Position numbers and translations under genes: made by a program
Shown: positions 26,564 through 41,524 of the stretch, one piece after another
Layout: each line of letters opens with the position of its first letter
Position numbering within the stretch: the stretch's first letter is position 1
NCBI GenBank assembly: GCA_051294375.1
Contig: CM119263.1
Coordinates: 10,810,703 to 10,874,702, forward strand
Length of the DNA stretch: 64,000 nucleotides
DNA from: Paraspadella gotoi
Taxonomy: Eukaryota > Animalia > Chaetognatha
Reading direction: 5' to 3'
The notes under the pieces: generated by a model
Told to the model about the DNA's origin: nothing
The model's input: only the letters and a program-made list of their open reading frames with translations
Database searches by the model: none

Positions 26564-29071
26564 AGACGGCGGGCAGTGGCGGTTTTGGGGGCTGAGGGGG
26601 TGCGGCCGCGCGCTTGCTGCTGGGACGACGACGACCGCCAGCCTCGGACCCCCTTGAGTCGACCTCTGTCGCGAGGGCGGAGCCTGCGGCCCTTCTGATC
26701 CCGGAGAGCCTCCTCTCCAGCGGCGCCGGATCCAAGCATCTTTTCCTGCTTGTCGCCGCCCTCCGGCCGGCTTCCGTCTTTGCCGGCCGCGGCGGACCCC
26801 GGCGGCGGCGGAGGCGGACGTGCCGCCGCACACCGCTGCTGCTGGGGTAAGCGGGCCGCGTCGGACTCCCTTGTGATCAGAGCTCTCGGTCTTCTTGGGC
26901 CCGCCTCTGGCCTTTCCCTTTTTCTTCTTTCTTCTCCTTTCCTCTTGGTCAGCGGGAACTCCGTGCTGCGTTTTTTTGTCGTAATAGTGCGGATCAGCCG
27001 CAGCACAGGGCAGCAGCAACAAGGGACGATGCCGACGCCGATGAAGATGCGTCTTGTCGATGCGAGGAAGAAGCCCGTCACCTGCTTCCAGGCTTTTGAT
27101 ACTCTGCGTCGGATGGGGAGGGAGAAAATGGTTCGAGAAATTGTGAGGATTCCCCTTTCTTTGCTCAATGCTATTTTTTTTTCCATTAATTTTTCCTGGT
27201 TTCATTTCTTCAATAAATAAATAAATAATGAAAATTAAATTCAAAACGAACATTTATATTATGAAAATAGGGCGATTTCTCTCCGAATTCCCGTGCCTTT
27301 GAATCATACGTTCTTACCCGTTTACTTTACGTTTTTAAATCATTCAGGGTTTTCAATTTAATATTTTGTCTATTTCCCGCCATTCAGCTTCCATCCACTC
27401 TCTCTTCTTTCTTCTCTCTCTATCTCTCTCTCTCCTCTCCCAGGTCTCTCTCTTCTCTCTTCCTTCATCTCTTCCAATGTTTTCTCAAATTCTGATAGTT
27501 TTCATTTTTTTTGGCGTTCCAAGCTTCGACCAGACAAAAGGCTATGAGCCTGAACGATAAATGACGTATTGATGAAGTGCTCTTTTCCCACTTCCGTCTT
27601 CTGACAGCCACGCCACGCGGCGTTTTGACCCGCCCCCTTTTCCCGAAATCGCCGCGATTAGCAACCATCAACGCACACAATATTTTTTTTAAGTTTAAGA
27701 TGATGACGCTTCGGGAAGGAGATAAGCAGCATCATTAAGATTTATTATATTGATTTAATACCATGAACTTTAACTCGCTTTCGAATATAACTCAACCAGC
27801 GGTCTTTCTAATCCTCACCTTCTTTCGTCTTCGCTCTAATAACCATAATCGAGTATCGCTTTTCTTCACAGATTTCCTGTGAGGAATTGTCCTTCAGGCA
27901 TCGCGGATCGCGTTGTTGTCTGTGTTATGATGTAGTGCTGGTGTTCCTTTTGCCGTTGATCTTCCGGTTTGTTTCTGGCGGAGGCTGGGGTGCACGATCC
28001 AGAGCCTCGAGAGCAAATCCTTTCGAGAGGGGCGTCGTCGACGTCTCCGGCGTCTTCGAGACGCAGCTGTCGACGTCGTCGTCCGACGCTTCCTCTCTCG
28101 CCATCGCCTCGTCGTAATCCTCCTCTCTCGCTCGGCGGGTCGTCGTCGTCGCGCGATCGTCCTCCTCCCTCTCTCCTCCCATCCTCCATCGCCAATCTTG
28201 AACCTCCCGTCCTCGTCGTCGAAGTCGAGCGGCGTCGGGTCTCGCCGCCGTTGGGCGCCGCAGCAATCTCAAGTCGCGGCGCCGGACAGTCCTCCTCTCG
28301 GCGGCGTTGGCAGCCAATGCGGCGACGCCTCGGCCACCACGACGCCACCGCCACGCACTCCGCCGAGTCGCGACCAGAAATGGCGCGCATCGACAAGGCC
28401 GCGACGTCGGCGAGGTTCGTTGTCCTTCTTTTTTCTTTCCGTGGACAACTTTGCGGTTGTTTGTTGTTGTTGCGGCTGGCGAAGGTGGCCAAAGAAAGTG
28501 TTGGTAGTACTGAGGATGGAGGATCTGGTCAAAAGTCGGCCACAGTCGAAGCGACGCCATGAAGGGAGCGGTCGCCGGGGGCAGGCTGGGAAGGCAAAAA
28601 ATATATCAATTAGTACGCAAGGCTAAGTACTACAAGACGAAAATTCTCAAGGTGTACGATATTTAAAAAGCTCTTATTGGCAGAAAATACCAAACACGCC
28701 TTCAATTGTTATTTCCTACATCCTACGAAACTAGCGAGGACAATGTAATTGTATTAATTAATAAAGTATTATTATTATTACTAAATTAACAATCCGTTCT
28801 TTTTTTAAATCTCTCTCTCTCTCTCATCGTCTCTCTCTCTCCTCTCCTCTCATCCTCGGTCTCTCTCAGTCTCTCTCTCTCTCTCTCTCTCCTCTCCTCT
28901 CTCTCTCCCCATCTCCTGTCTCTCCCTTACTTCTTCTGCAAAGTCTGGAATCTTCGTCGGTGGCGGTTGGAGGCATGTGGCCAACCCCGTCGCAAACCTA
29001 TCCCAGCCAAAGGCAATCGCTCCCGGTTTCGTGCAGCTCCGCAGGGAAACTCAAACGTAGAACACTGAGGA
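26564..29071 (-). pseudogene. Mirror (noisy) copy of the LDLa/TM gene exons
   Basis: Reverse complement of ~20560-23085 with indel differences. Confidence 0.55.
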
Positions 29072-31262
29072 CCTGAGAAGGATCAAAAGGAAGGGGAGGA
29101 GATGGATTCAGATAAATATACCGGAGGGAGGAAAATAGAGGATGGAGGAAATCTGAGGAAATGGATAGAGAATGGTAAAGATAGGAGAAAATTAATTGAT
29201 GAGTGAGACGTCCGCGTGAAACGGGGGAAAATGAGAAGCGATGAAGAGAAAGACGAGATGAGTTTAGGTTCTAGTTATTTCCGTGGGAAAAAAATCGATT
29301 GAATCATAAAAATTCCGGAACCGAAACGTTGAACGGTAAGTGAGTGTGGCACGTGCGTGGCATCTGGTGCTTGCGGCGGAAGTGAGGTAATGAGTAAGTA
29401 ATTGGATTGACGGTTCTCTTTTGTAAGTATAACTCGTTTCGGTCTCCTTTCGGAGCGAGTACGTTAATACGCTAGTATTAATAATTCTGAAAAATGAAAA
29501 CCAGTACCTGGTTTTCTAATAGTACACTAAAAAAAATACTTGACTTTGTTTAAAATTTTCTTATTTAAAAAACTTCAAATTATGATAATTGTTATGCGTC
29601 ACAATTTCAAATTCAATTCGAGAAAGAGGTGATTCTACGAATGGGATTTTTTGAAAAATTTCATTCTCAAAATGGAAACAGAACCAATAAAAAATAATTT
29701 AGCCGTCTGCATCTCGGGGTCGCATATTTTTTTCATAGTCTTTGCGAATTTAGCCGACGTTTGGATTTAAAAATTCGAAAAGTATCACGCAAATTTTCTC
29801 AATTAATTTATTTGAAAAAGGGAGACCGGAGCCACAGTCCGAATAAAAATTTTAACAAGGGGAATCAACACGCGGGAGGGAGAAGGAGCTTTTGGGAGAG
29901 CAGCCGGGTACCCGCAAGGCAACGGTACCGACTCAGAAACCGCTTCGTCAGCCTTCGGGATTACCGCGAGACAAACACGAGACGCCGGTGCTGGGGTCTG
30001 GCAGCGTCAATGCAGCCAAATCGCAACGTCAATGGCGACGCCACCTTCGACGCCCCGAAAAGGCGGGAAAATGAGAAATCACCCTCGCAACGGCGTAGCA
30101 ATGGCGGGAAAGGGACGGCGAGAAACGAGAAACAGAATAACATCCGGGCTTGTAGGAAAATGGGGGAGCGGGAACGAGTGAAATAAGCGGCCTGGGAAAC
30201 GTAAAATTTGTTTTTACTTTTTTTTTCTTTAGAAGAAATGGAGAAATTGGCAGGATACTTTTGCCCTGTCGGACTGCAGATGGATAGTAACGAAAAAATG
30301 TTATTAATATAGAATAAAAATCACATATGTATAATAATTTTAAAATTGAAGAAAAATTTCAAGAAATAAACTGATGAAAATAACTAAAGGCTAAAACATA
30401 GATTTTTTCCTAGTGTACTATGTGGCGGTGGGCTAAACACTGTATCACTTGCTGCTATAGATATAAGAAATTTATATAGAAAATAACAAGGGAGTTTAAA
30501 AAAAAAAAGATAGAGAAACAAATCATAGCAAGCTATAGGGAAAAAGTAAGAAAATAAAGAAAAAAACAAAACAAAACACAAATAGAAAGAAAGAAAAGTA
30601 AAAAAAAAGAAGCGTAGGAAGGCGCCGCTTTTGGGTTGGAGGTCTTCGTTAACGAGCGCGAATGGGCTCAGGGATCGTAACAAATTGTTTGATGAGAAAC
30701 TTCGGCGTCGTTCGTTCCCTTTCAACGGGGCCGAACGCGCCTCTCCTTCCCCCCCCCCCCGTCCCCCGACGGCGCCTCTTTCAACGATGCGGCGTCCGCT
30801 GGGAAGCTTCCGGCGGAGGATCCGATCGTGGGCGTGGATATACTTCGGCGCTATCGGATCTCAATCGAGGAATGACGCTCATAGTATGGGCTCTCTCGAT
30901 TCTCTTTGTCCTCTTGAGGAAGGAACTAGAAAAAACGATTGCAGTAGCCTCATGAAATAACAAAACAATGGCGCCCCCTTTGTGACGCGAGCGGCCACCG
31001 CTTTTCTTCTTCGTTTGCGTTACAAAGTTTATCTTCTCTGTGCGTGTGCATCAGTCTATTCATTACCTGGATACTGGCCTTCTCTCGTCAGCCCCAGATC
31101 CTCGACGAAGAACCAACCTCATCTCAACCAAGGCGTCGCCACCCGCCAAGTTTAGGTGGGTTTACAACAACCTCAGGCGTCCATGATACATTGAACATTT
31201 TCCATCTCTTTGGTCGATAGACACCAATTATTTATTCTCATTGAGTTTTTTCGATATCTAGT

Positions 31263-31575
31263 TCTCGCTAACCGCTTCTCTACTTCTTGCTAAAACCGCT
31301 TTCTCTTCTCTATGCTAACGCTTTCTCTATCTTCTGCTCACCCGCTTCCCTACTTCTTGCTAACTGCTTCTCTATCTTCTGTTAACCGCTTCTTTATCTT
31401 CTTGCCTCACCTTCTCTATCTTCTTGCTCACACGCTTCCTAAAACCCTTGCCTACCGCTCTCTATCTTCTTGCTAACGTCTCTATCTTCTGCTAACGCTT
31501 CTCTCTTGTTAACCAGCTTTCTCTATCTTCTTAACCCGCTTTTATCTTCTTGCTAACCCCTTCCACTATCCTCCT
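31263..31575 (+). repeat. Same 23-bp minisatellite, roughly 13-14 noisy units
   Basis: taaccgcttctctatcttcttg units. Confidence 0.85.
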
Positions 31576-34500
31576 TTCCCTCCCACGTGTCCACCCCGAC
31601 GTGCACTGGCTTCGCCACTTTCACCGCAAAGACTCCGGAGCATCACCGGTCGCCGCGACTACGACTAATTGATCCACAAACAATGAGCCAACCACTTCAA
31701 TGGCTCCTTTTCAAATTCTAATGTTATAAACAATTTTCTCATGCTGATGTTCTATTTTAAATCTCGCATTTTGCAAGAATCTGGTAACTTTTTTTTATAA
31801 ATGTTACGTTTCCAGTGATTGTATTTTGTAAATGAATTCTCAGTGAATATTTTATTATCCCAGTGTCCACTGTCCTGTACCATCAATCAGAACCAGGTCA
31901 CCTCTCCACAATCAACGACTAGGTTCCAACCACCTATCAAACCAGGCCAGGTCGCGCCCCCGATACAATCAAACTCCGGTTCCAACCCAACAAATCCAAT
32001 CAACCACAAGTCCAGTCGCTTTTGTCTCGAAATGGTTTTCCAAAGCTTCGACTGAATGCCTCGACCTTCCATTGGCTGCTCAAACAGAAAGCCACACTCT
32101 ACGGGAAAACTAACGTTTACCGCTCTTTGCGCTCTCTCTCTCTCTCTCATCTACTACTCTCATCTCTCTATCCGTCTCTCTCTCTCTCTCCCCCTTTCTC
32201 TCGTAATGACTATGGATTTTCTTTTCCCATTTGACGCATTGAATAATTCTCTGTCACTAAAAAGCTTCCTCGGTTGAGAGAGGGATTGTACCACACGAAA
32301 AATCCCCGAAGCGATTTCCTCGCTGCGACACTCAATCCCTCTTCTCCTTCGTCACACTGCCGGAACATAGATGAACCCCTTCCTTCGCAACAGTTTATCT
32401 GAGAGGCGAGGATTGCCAAAACAAGCGGGCATTCTATTGGTAAATCGATGATACATTTTCATAAACTACACTAATTATATGATATCTTACTATTATTTAT
32501 TATATGGAAATCGTATATAAATTGTAATAAGGATTTTTTTTTGCTTCAATATTATTGCAATATAGTTAAGTCGTTACCCTGTCTTAAACTGTTAGACCGT
32601 AGTAATTTTCTTGCTTTTCATGAATTTTTGTGCTTTGACGTGAAAACAACGTTTCGACGAAGATTCAATTACGCACCTTCTCTTATTCATGAATCAAACC
32701 TCTAATACCCTATTTTCTTATTCCATCCGACAGATCTTCCTTGGCAATCAATCCTTGACGCCATGTATCCACCCGGCCGCACGGGTTCTCTCGACACTCA
32801 GGCACTCCTACACCACCTGACCACTCCCTGCGAATTCCTTCGAACCCACCGAGCCTGTCTCGATTCTCATCAACGTCCATATTTTCATCAGCCGCTGTCG
32901 ACGTTTTTGCAACTCGAAATTCCAGCCAAGGAAGAAGAAGGTCGGTTCTTCGTCGCGTCATTCCCCCCCCCCATCCAGCCAGAACCCCCCCCCCCAATCT
33001 TTCCCTACTCCTTGGCTCGCAGCTTGCGCGCAGAATTTCACACACGATTTTTCCATTCCGCTTTTCTTTGTCCCCTTTGTTTCTGTTATTCTCTCAATCT
33101 AATTTTCTTCTCATTGCTCTTATTTTGAATTTTCGAAACTAAAGTGTTTCTCGTGTTTCCGTTTAATGGTTTTTTCTTTCTTCAGTTTTTTTTTTTTTTT
33201 TTAGTATGAATATAAAATAAATAAAATTGTTTTCCTTTTTCTCTAAAAACAGAATGAAGGAAAATTATTCTCTACCATCTAGATTTGCGGTCTGTCTCTC
33301 TCTCTCTCTCGTTCCTCTCTTCTCCACTCTCTCCCTCTCTCTACTGTCCTCTTTCCTCGAGAAAGGTAACATGAACGATGCGAGCGTCCTCTCTTCTTTC
33401 CTCTTCCCCACTGTATAGTGCGGAGGAAGTAGACAGAGAAGAGAGAGTCAAAGTCGCAGAGTCTAAACTTGGTCTTATTCCGTTTCGTTTCTGCTTAAAG
33501 TAGAAGAGAAGGAATCGATAGGTTGAATCGATATCTGAGGAGCCAAAAGGAGGAAATGAAGAGAAAAAAAAAGGAAATGTGAGAAGAAAAAAGGATGACA
33601 TAAAAAATATGGGCACATGGGAGAAGGCAAAGAGGTGATGGTATTAGTCATCATATTTTTGATAATTATGGAAACTATTTACTGTAGTACTCTCTGCATC
33701 TTAACACCAAGACATTAAAGGCTTTTTATAAAGCATATGAATACCTGAGAGACATCACTAACTCTCAGCTCATTTAAAGACTACTAAATAGGGAGTCGCG
33801 GATAAATAGAAAATCTAAACATTTGAGTTTGTTTTTGTTTTTTTACCGACGTTTGTTACCAAGACGTCACGACAAAACGCTCTTCTACCAAATTTTAATA
33901 TTTTATGAGACGTTAACAATTATCTTTTTTATTTCTGCAAAGAAGCTTTTCTCTGACGCTCGAATAAAAATGGAGGAAAAAAAATTGTCGAATTTTAATG
34001 GAAACGATGGTAAAACTCGAAAATCCATTGTATGCGATAAACGAAGTGGGTTTTTACGAGGTATTAAATCGAAATCAGAATAAAAACCACTCAAAACTCA
34101 AAATCCAATTTCTGTCTCTCTTTCTCTCTCTGCTCTCTCTCTCTTCTCTCTCTCTCTCCTCTCTCTCTCTCATCTCTCTCTCTCTCTCTCCTCTCTCTCT
34201 NNNNNNNNNNNNNNNNNNNNNNNNNATGCTGCTCGTCGGGTGCGGCTGTTCCTCGTCATGCTTCTCTGTCCTGGTCTTCGCTCTGCGCTCGTTAGTCGAT
34301 GGCGTGTGCCTCCGGGTCGGATCGTCTGCGAGAGGCTCTCTACGCGTTCTTTTGATGGGGCGTCTGGTCGACTGTCGAGAGTCGGATGGTCGCTGGTTTC
34401 TGGGTACTCTTTCTCTTCTTGAGGATGTGGGCTCGTGGGTGTTGCGTGTTATCTCTCGTACGTCAATCTCTCTCTCCATTCTCCCCCGGGTTCTGTTCCG

Positions 34501-35217
34501 GCCAATATTGTGGAAAGAGACTTCGACTTAAACTGATGAGATAGAAATTCATAATATTTAAGTTTTTTCTGTCAGCGTCGCAGTTTTTGCCAGGAGAAGC
34601 GCGTGGCGGGCGCGATGAACCTTCCGCTTGCATTGCCAACTTTAAAACCGAGACAGATTTATCTTATTTTCATTCAATTTGCTATTCCTCTATTGTTCGT
34701 TGCCTAAACAAATCATTACATACATTAGCGCTACGTAATCTTATGTGGTGCATGTTTTAGGACAGAAAATGGAGAGAAACTTTCCTCGAAGGAAATAGGA
34801 ACGAATCTCGACGAAATGGATGCTAAATTTCTAAAATTTTAAAACACTGATTATGCGTAAATGTTTATTTTAATAAATAAAAATAAAGCGAAAGGAAAAC
34901 GAGAAGTTTTGGCTGAGAAGAAAACAAGAAGTTTGGAGTCGTGAAAAGAAAAGCAGAAAGAAAGAAGAAAAGAAAGAAAGATGCGAAGCGAGGAGAAAAG
35001 GGAGGCACGAAAATGGCTATATCTAAAAAAAAAAAAAAAAGGAGAGAAGAAGGAAAGAGTCTGAGGTCCGCTGATTTCTCCTTCCTTCTTTTATCTCTCG
35101 AGACAATTTTTTTCTGCTCTCTCTCTTCCGTTTTTTTAATATAATTCTCTTTTTTTTTCGTCCATTTAAAGAGGGCAGGAGAGAGTTCTGGCGCGCCCAG
35201 CGGGTCGAGAGTCGGGG

Positions 35218-35248
<31 letters not shown>

Positions 35249-35290
35249 AGAGAGAGAGAAGAGAGAGAGAGAGAGAGGAGAGATGGAGAG

Positions 35291-35321
<31 letters not shown>

Positions 35322-35999
35322 TTGATGTTTGTTTATTGAGGCTGTTGAGAGTCGGAGGCGGCAGGGACGAAGGCCGAGGATTTTGTTAACTGCGGAGGCG
35401 GGTCGAGAACGGGTGAGAAATGTGGTGGCAAAGCGAAGTTGAAGAGGTGGTTAAGAATGAGTTGTGGGGATTCTGGCTGACAGCCTGACAGGGAGGAAAG
35501 AAAAGGGTAAAAAAGAAAGAAGAGAAAGAAAGGGAAAAGAAGAAAGAAGAAAGAAAGAAGAAAGAAGAAAGAAAGAAAGAAAGAAGAAAGAGAAAGAAAG
35601 AAAGAAGAAAGAAAGAAAGAAGAAAGAAAAGAAAGAAGAAAAAGGAAAGAAAAGAAAGAGAAGAAAAGGAAAAGAAAGAAAGAAAAAAGAAAGAAAGACA
35701 GAACAGGACAGACAGAAACAGAATGCAGAGAAGAAAAGAAATAGCTAACGTGGTGATCGTGGAATGATTTTTTATGGTCATGGAGCCTCTGCGTCCTGCT
35801 GGCATCTGACGTTGCATACAAAGGATTTCGGAGCCTAAATCCCGTCGCCATTCTAAAGCAGAGCGAACTCAGGCCTCCAGGAGATATCAAAAGCTTCAAA
35901 GAAAATTGAATCTAAAAAAATTTAATTGAAATATTAGACATAAATATAAAAAAATGGAAAAAAATGTTCCAAAAAGATGAGCATCAATTAAGTCGGGAC

Positions 36000-36071
<72 letters not shown>

Positions 36072-39000
36072 AGTAGATCGACTTACCGATTAATTCGACA
36101 TTAGCGCGAAAATAATGTCAGAGTGTATGAGGAAGAGGGAAGAAAAAAGGATTAAAAAGAAGAAATGAAGGAATGGAGAATTAAAGGAAGAAAAATAGGA
36201 TAACGAAAAGTAGAGAAAAGAAGTTCAAAATAGGAAAAGAGAGACGGGACAGAAAAACACGAGACTAAAATGTAAAAAAAAAAAGAAAAAAAATTGACCT
36301 TGAATAAAAATTGTTTCAGTCTTACTTTAACCGAGACAAAAGAAATACAAAAAAAAGGTACGTCTAAGAAAAACAAAAGATGGTTGCAACTTTGACGCCT
36401 CAATTTCAAATTTTTTTCCCATCTTTTTTCTCGGCTTTGGAAGCACTTTTTAATTGAGTTACGACGTCGAAAAGCACTTTAGCCTTTTTAGAAGCGAAAC
36501 GAAAGCTTTGTGATTTTAAAATGTGGTTGGCCCGGGATGGTAATAGAGCAACTTCTTCGTGATGTATTGGCTTTCGATAGGATAGAGCCATTTTAATTCG
36601 TTTTTGTGAAACACTTTTATTTTTCTTTATGATCTTTCATTGGTGGCAAAAAAACAAGATCTTACATCTTCGCTATGCACTATAAATCTGCGAAATTGAG
36701 AAGCTTTCTCTCTCTTCCTTCCGCAGTCGAACTTCATTCGCCACAAACCAAGTCAGAAAATGACAAAAAAATTTAGCAACATTTATGATAATATTTAATT
36801 AATAATACCAGTTTCAAAATTTTATTTTTGATTTCTAACTTAAAAAAAAATATTCAAAATTTTGAAATTCATTTCTCATTAAATGAATTTGCTAGCCAAA
36901 TGATTGAACGCCGGCGAGAATAGAATGCGAATTGCTTGGAAATTTGATTGATTAGTTTCAAACATTTTTTTTTTTCTTTCTTCTTCCCCCCCCCCTTCAT
37001 CCGGACGCTCTCACAGAAATCCGAGATACTTACTAAGAACAAAACGAGGCTGACAGAAGAGACGAAGAAAAACCAAAAGGAAAATCCAGGATGTCGGGGT
37101 GTTGCTTCGCCGTTTTGGGAGTGACGGCGAGGTAAGGTGTCAGATGGGTGGAGGAGACTGAGGAGACTGAGGAGAACTGAGGACAGGGAGGCGTTGAGGG
37201 AGGATTTGAGGAGGAGGAGGAGGAGGAGGAGGGGAGAAGGGGCGGGTCGACGGAGGAGGCTTCGTCGCCGCCGTCGTCGTCGTGGGCAGTGGTCGTTCTC
37301 GTCGCGACATCCTCCGCGATGACGATGAGGATGATGATGGAGAAGCTGCGGATGCCGCGCGTTCCGTCGCTGCTGTGCTGCTGCTGCCGCGTTGATGTCG
37401 CGGAGGCGGCGACGGCGACCGCGCGGTCGTCGTCGTCGTCGTCGGAATCAAGGCGAGGGTGTGCCGAAGGATGAGGATGATGCGGAGGAAGATGATGACC
37501 TCGCTCCGAAAAGAGGGAGAATAGTTCGACGAAGATCCTTCGTCGACGGCTTCGACAACGTCATCGGCGTCGGACGGCAAAACGCCGTCGTCGCGTCGTC
37601 GTCGTCATCGTCGTCGCCTTTGTATTTGTTTTTGTGTTTTTTTCTGTTTCGTATCGTCTTGAGGTTGTCCAACGCGAAGCCGTTCCAAAACGGAGGCGAC
37701 GACGGTTGGTGTCGACGCTCCTCATGACGATAACGCGGGAGCGAGACGGTGACGGTGATGACGCGGTGAGTGACGGTGACGCAGACGAGAGTGAAGATGC
37801 GGAGAGACGACGTCATGCCGAAGAAGAGAATGAGTTCGATTTTTTTGTTTTTGTTTTTTTTTTTTTTTTTTTAAATCGTTTTGTTTGTTAAATTTGCTGT
37901 TGTTGTACTTTTGTTTGGAGTTGTTTTTTTTTTTGTTGTTGTTGTAATTCTTGGCGAAAGTTTTTTTTGTTGTTGTTGTTGTTTAGTCGTTTCGAAAGAA
38001 ACTTGTTTTCTTTTTTCTTTTCTTACTTCGTACTTGGTTGCGATAATATTTACAAACAGAACGATAAATATAGAAAAAAAGCGGAAATAAATGGTTTTAT
38101 TTTTTGTTCGGTTTCGTTTCGTTTCGTTTCGCGAAACGAAGAATAAATAAGGAGAGGTTTTCATCACCTCCTCTTTTTTTTTTAATAAGCGGAACTAAAC
38201 TAACCAGGAAAAAAAATCCGCAGGATGAGCGTTTTAAAGTAAAAAGTTGATTTCGAAGGCTGTTGTGACGCGAAGGTGACGGGGCGACGTCGGCGCGTCA
38301 AGACAGTCGACGTCACTCGACCGTCCCCTCTACTAGATTGTTTCTGTTTACCTCCGCTGTGTAATATTTATTTATTTTATTTTTTAGCTTTTTTTTTTTG
38401 ATATGCGTCAGGAGCAAATGGTCAAGGAAGATTATTGGAATTCAAGGCAGAAGAAAAGAAGGGAATAGATAAGAAAGAGTGAAGAACGAAACGGCGTTGT
38501 TGACATATTTTGTTTTTCCAGCTTATAACTTTTTAATTGTTGATTTGTATTATTATCGTAAGATTAAACGTGAGACGTCACGTGGGACGACGTAACCGTA
38601 ATAATTTTTTCGTCGACGATTGTCTGAAGTACTTTTGCTTTTGTTTTGTTTGTTTTTTTAACTGTTTACTTTAATTTTTATTTTTGCTTATTTATATTGC
38701 TTGATGACAATGATTTTTTATTCTGACGCCCTTGGTTGTGTTGTAGGGGCAAGGGTGGCGGGGAGAACTCAAGGCATCGTCGCCTTTTTTCTCTCTTCTC
38801 TGACAAAAAGAAAGAAAAGGTCAAATTGTTACCTAAACCTTTTTTTTTCAGTTTTTCTCTCTACAAAACGCCAAAAAAAATTGAATATTTTAGTGGTGGG
38901 GGGGACACGCCTAATCTTAAAGACATACAGCCTTCGAGGATATTGATAAATTAGGAATAAAAAGTTCTTTTTCATTCGTACAAAGTTCGATGCGTAAGGG

Positions 39001-40576
39001 GTAATCAGTAATGATTAAGTTATAGTATGGGTTAACGGTTAAGTAAAAGAATATTTTATGAATATACAACTGACATTTCGCCCCGCGACGAATGAAAGAA
39101 GAAATTGACACAGCCATTTTTATATAGCGACGATTAAAATTCGTTTAAAGAGTATTTAAGGTCTATATTTCGGTTTTTAAAAAAAAATTAACGTTTTGGC
39201 GCGATATTGCAGTTTATAACATTAATTGTTGTTCAGTCTCTTTCATCGCAGCAATTCCTGAATCCCGTCGCTTTCCAAAATATGTGTTAGTGACGATCAG
39301 TAAAATAATAATGAGAGAGGTAACAAGGATCTATCTTTTTTTCTAATTACAACAAGCGGAAACAACAGGAACGGTAACGTTGTAACAATCCTCATTCGTC
39401 CAATAACTTACAATACGGAAACAAAAAATAAATTGATTTCATTATCTGTTTCGGATAATTCCGATAAATAATAATACTGTGTAAATGCAAATTATTTTAT
39501 TTTTGAATATGCGGGAAATTAAGGAGGGTGCTGTCTGGCCTGGAATGTGTAAGTTAAAGATGTCGATTTTGGTGATGTCGCTATTAATTTTTTATGATAT
39601 CCTATACTTTGTGCTTGTTTTAGATATAATGGCTCAAATTTTATCGGGTCTCTCAAAATCAAATAGAAAAATATAAGTCTCACTTGAATGAGCAATTCGT
39701 AGTTTTAAAGGCTTTTCTTATAAATTCCAAGATCCAGAGAATGGTTTAATATTTCTTATTTAGGGAGTTTTTCATGCTAAACGTATTTGACAAACTGTCA
39801 ATGCTTTAGCTAATTTCTAACAAAACATTCTATTTGTTATCCTGTTCTATATAATAACCGTGCATTGAAAATTTAAATGTAGTTTTTTAACTTTATCAGA
39901 GGAGGAACGTCTGTAACTACCGATAATTTAATTATTTAAGATGAACACTCATTATGTAACGTTTAAAAAATTAAAAAATAAAACTCTTTATTACGGGCAT
40001 TGTTATATCCTTGGAAGTCACTACATACTATTCCGTTAACGCAATACCTCCTCTGAGTTATTATTAATGAACATAGTTTTTCTTAAGTTATAAATTTGCC
40101 AAATACTGTTTGGGATTTTTTAAAATTCGTTCAATGCCTGAAAATGTCCAAAACTGACAGGAAAACTAGAGAAAGGACAGGCAAATGGTACACTTTTAAA
40201 ACTTAACACAGGAGTCGAAGATTCAACGACAGCCTATGAAGCTCTTACGAAATCTTTGTCGATTTGTCGAAAAGAGAAAAGATTTTGGTTTCATAATAAA
40301 AAATACTAGTTTATTCGGACAAAAAAAAATGAGTGCAACATTAAAGGTCTTGTCATCGAGAATATCGTTTTAATTATCTCGGACAAACGCTTCTCTCGGG
40401 AAGAAAAAAAAAATATAAACGAGTCACTGATTTCCACGTCAAGCAATTCGTCCGATAGGCCATTTCATTGTCCCACACGTTCGAACGAGATGAGGCAAGC
40501 GGCCGACGACGGGCGGCATGACAAACGACGCAACGGCCGCCAACGTCGCGCCCCTCAGACGCGCGTCGACGTGCGT

Positions 40577-40680
40577 CTAAAGTTTTGAGGCAATATAAGC
40601 GGAGACAAGATAGTATTGCAGATGTAAACGAATGAAGCAAAATCTTGTCAATGAGCTGCGGCGGATGAAGGGACCCCTAC
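40577..40680 (-). pseudogene. Third, partial nAChR-like fragment (M4/C-terminus only), truncated at a chimeric junction
   Basis: Noisy match to 46650-46745 (gatgtaaacgaatgaagcaaaatcttgtcaatgagctgcg), then an abrupt switch at ~40681 to unrelated sequence. Confidence 0.75.
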
Positions 40681-41434
40681 CTCTCCAATTTCCCCCGGGT
40701 TCTGTTCCGCCAAATATTGTGGAAAGAGACTTCGACTTAAACTGATGAGAATAGAAATTCATAAATATTTAAGTTTTTTCTGTCAGCGTCGCAGTTTTTG
40801 CCAGGAGAAGCGCGTGGCGGGCGATGAACCTTCCGCTTGCATTGCCAACTTTAAACCGAGACAGATTTACTTATTTTCATTCAATTTTGCTATTCCTCTA
40901 TTGTTCGTTTGCCTAAACAAACATACATACATTACGCTTACGTAATCTTATTGGTGCATGTTTTAGGACAGAAAATGGAGAGAAACTTTCCTCGAAGGAA
41001 AATAGGAACGAATTCTCACGAAATGGAGCTAAATTTCTAAAATTTTAAAACACTGATTAGTGCGTAAAATGTTTACTTTTAATAAATAAAAAAAAGCGAA
41101 AGGAAAACGAGAAGTTTTGGGCTGAGAAGAAAACAAGAAGTTTGGAGTCGTGAAAAGAAAAGCAGAAGAAAGAAGAAAAGAAAGAAAGAATGCGAAGCGA
41201 AGGAAGAAAAGGGAGGCACGAAAATGGCTATATCGAAAAAAAAAGAAAAAAAAAGGAGAGAAGAAGGAAAGAGTCTGAAGTCCGCTTGATTCTCCTTCCT
41301 TCTTTTATCTCTCGAGACAATTTTGTTCTCTCTCTCTTCCGTTTTTTAATATAATTTCTCTCTTTTTTTCGTCCCATTTAAAGAGGGCAGGAAGAGAGTC
41401 TTGGCGCCCAGCGGTCGAGAGTCGGGGGAGAGAG

Positions 41435-41524
<90 letters not shown>

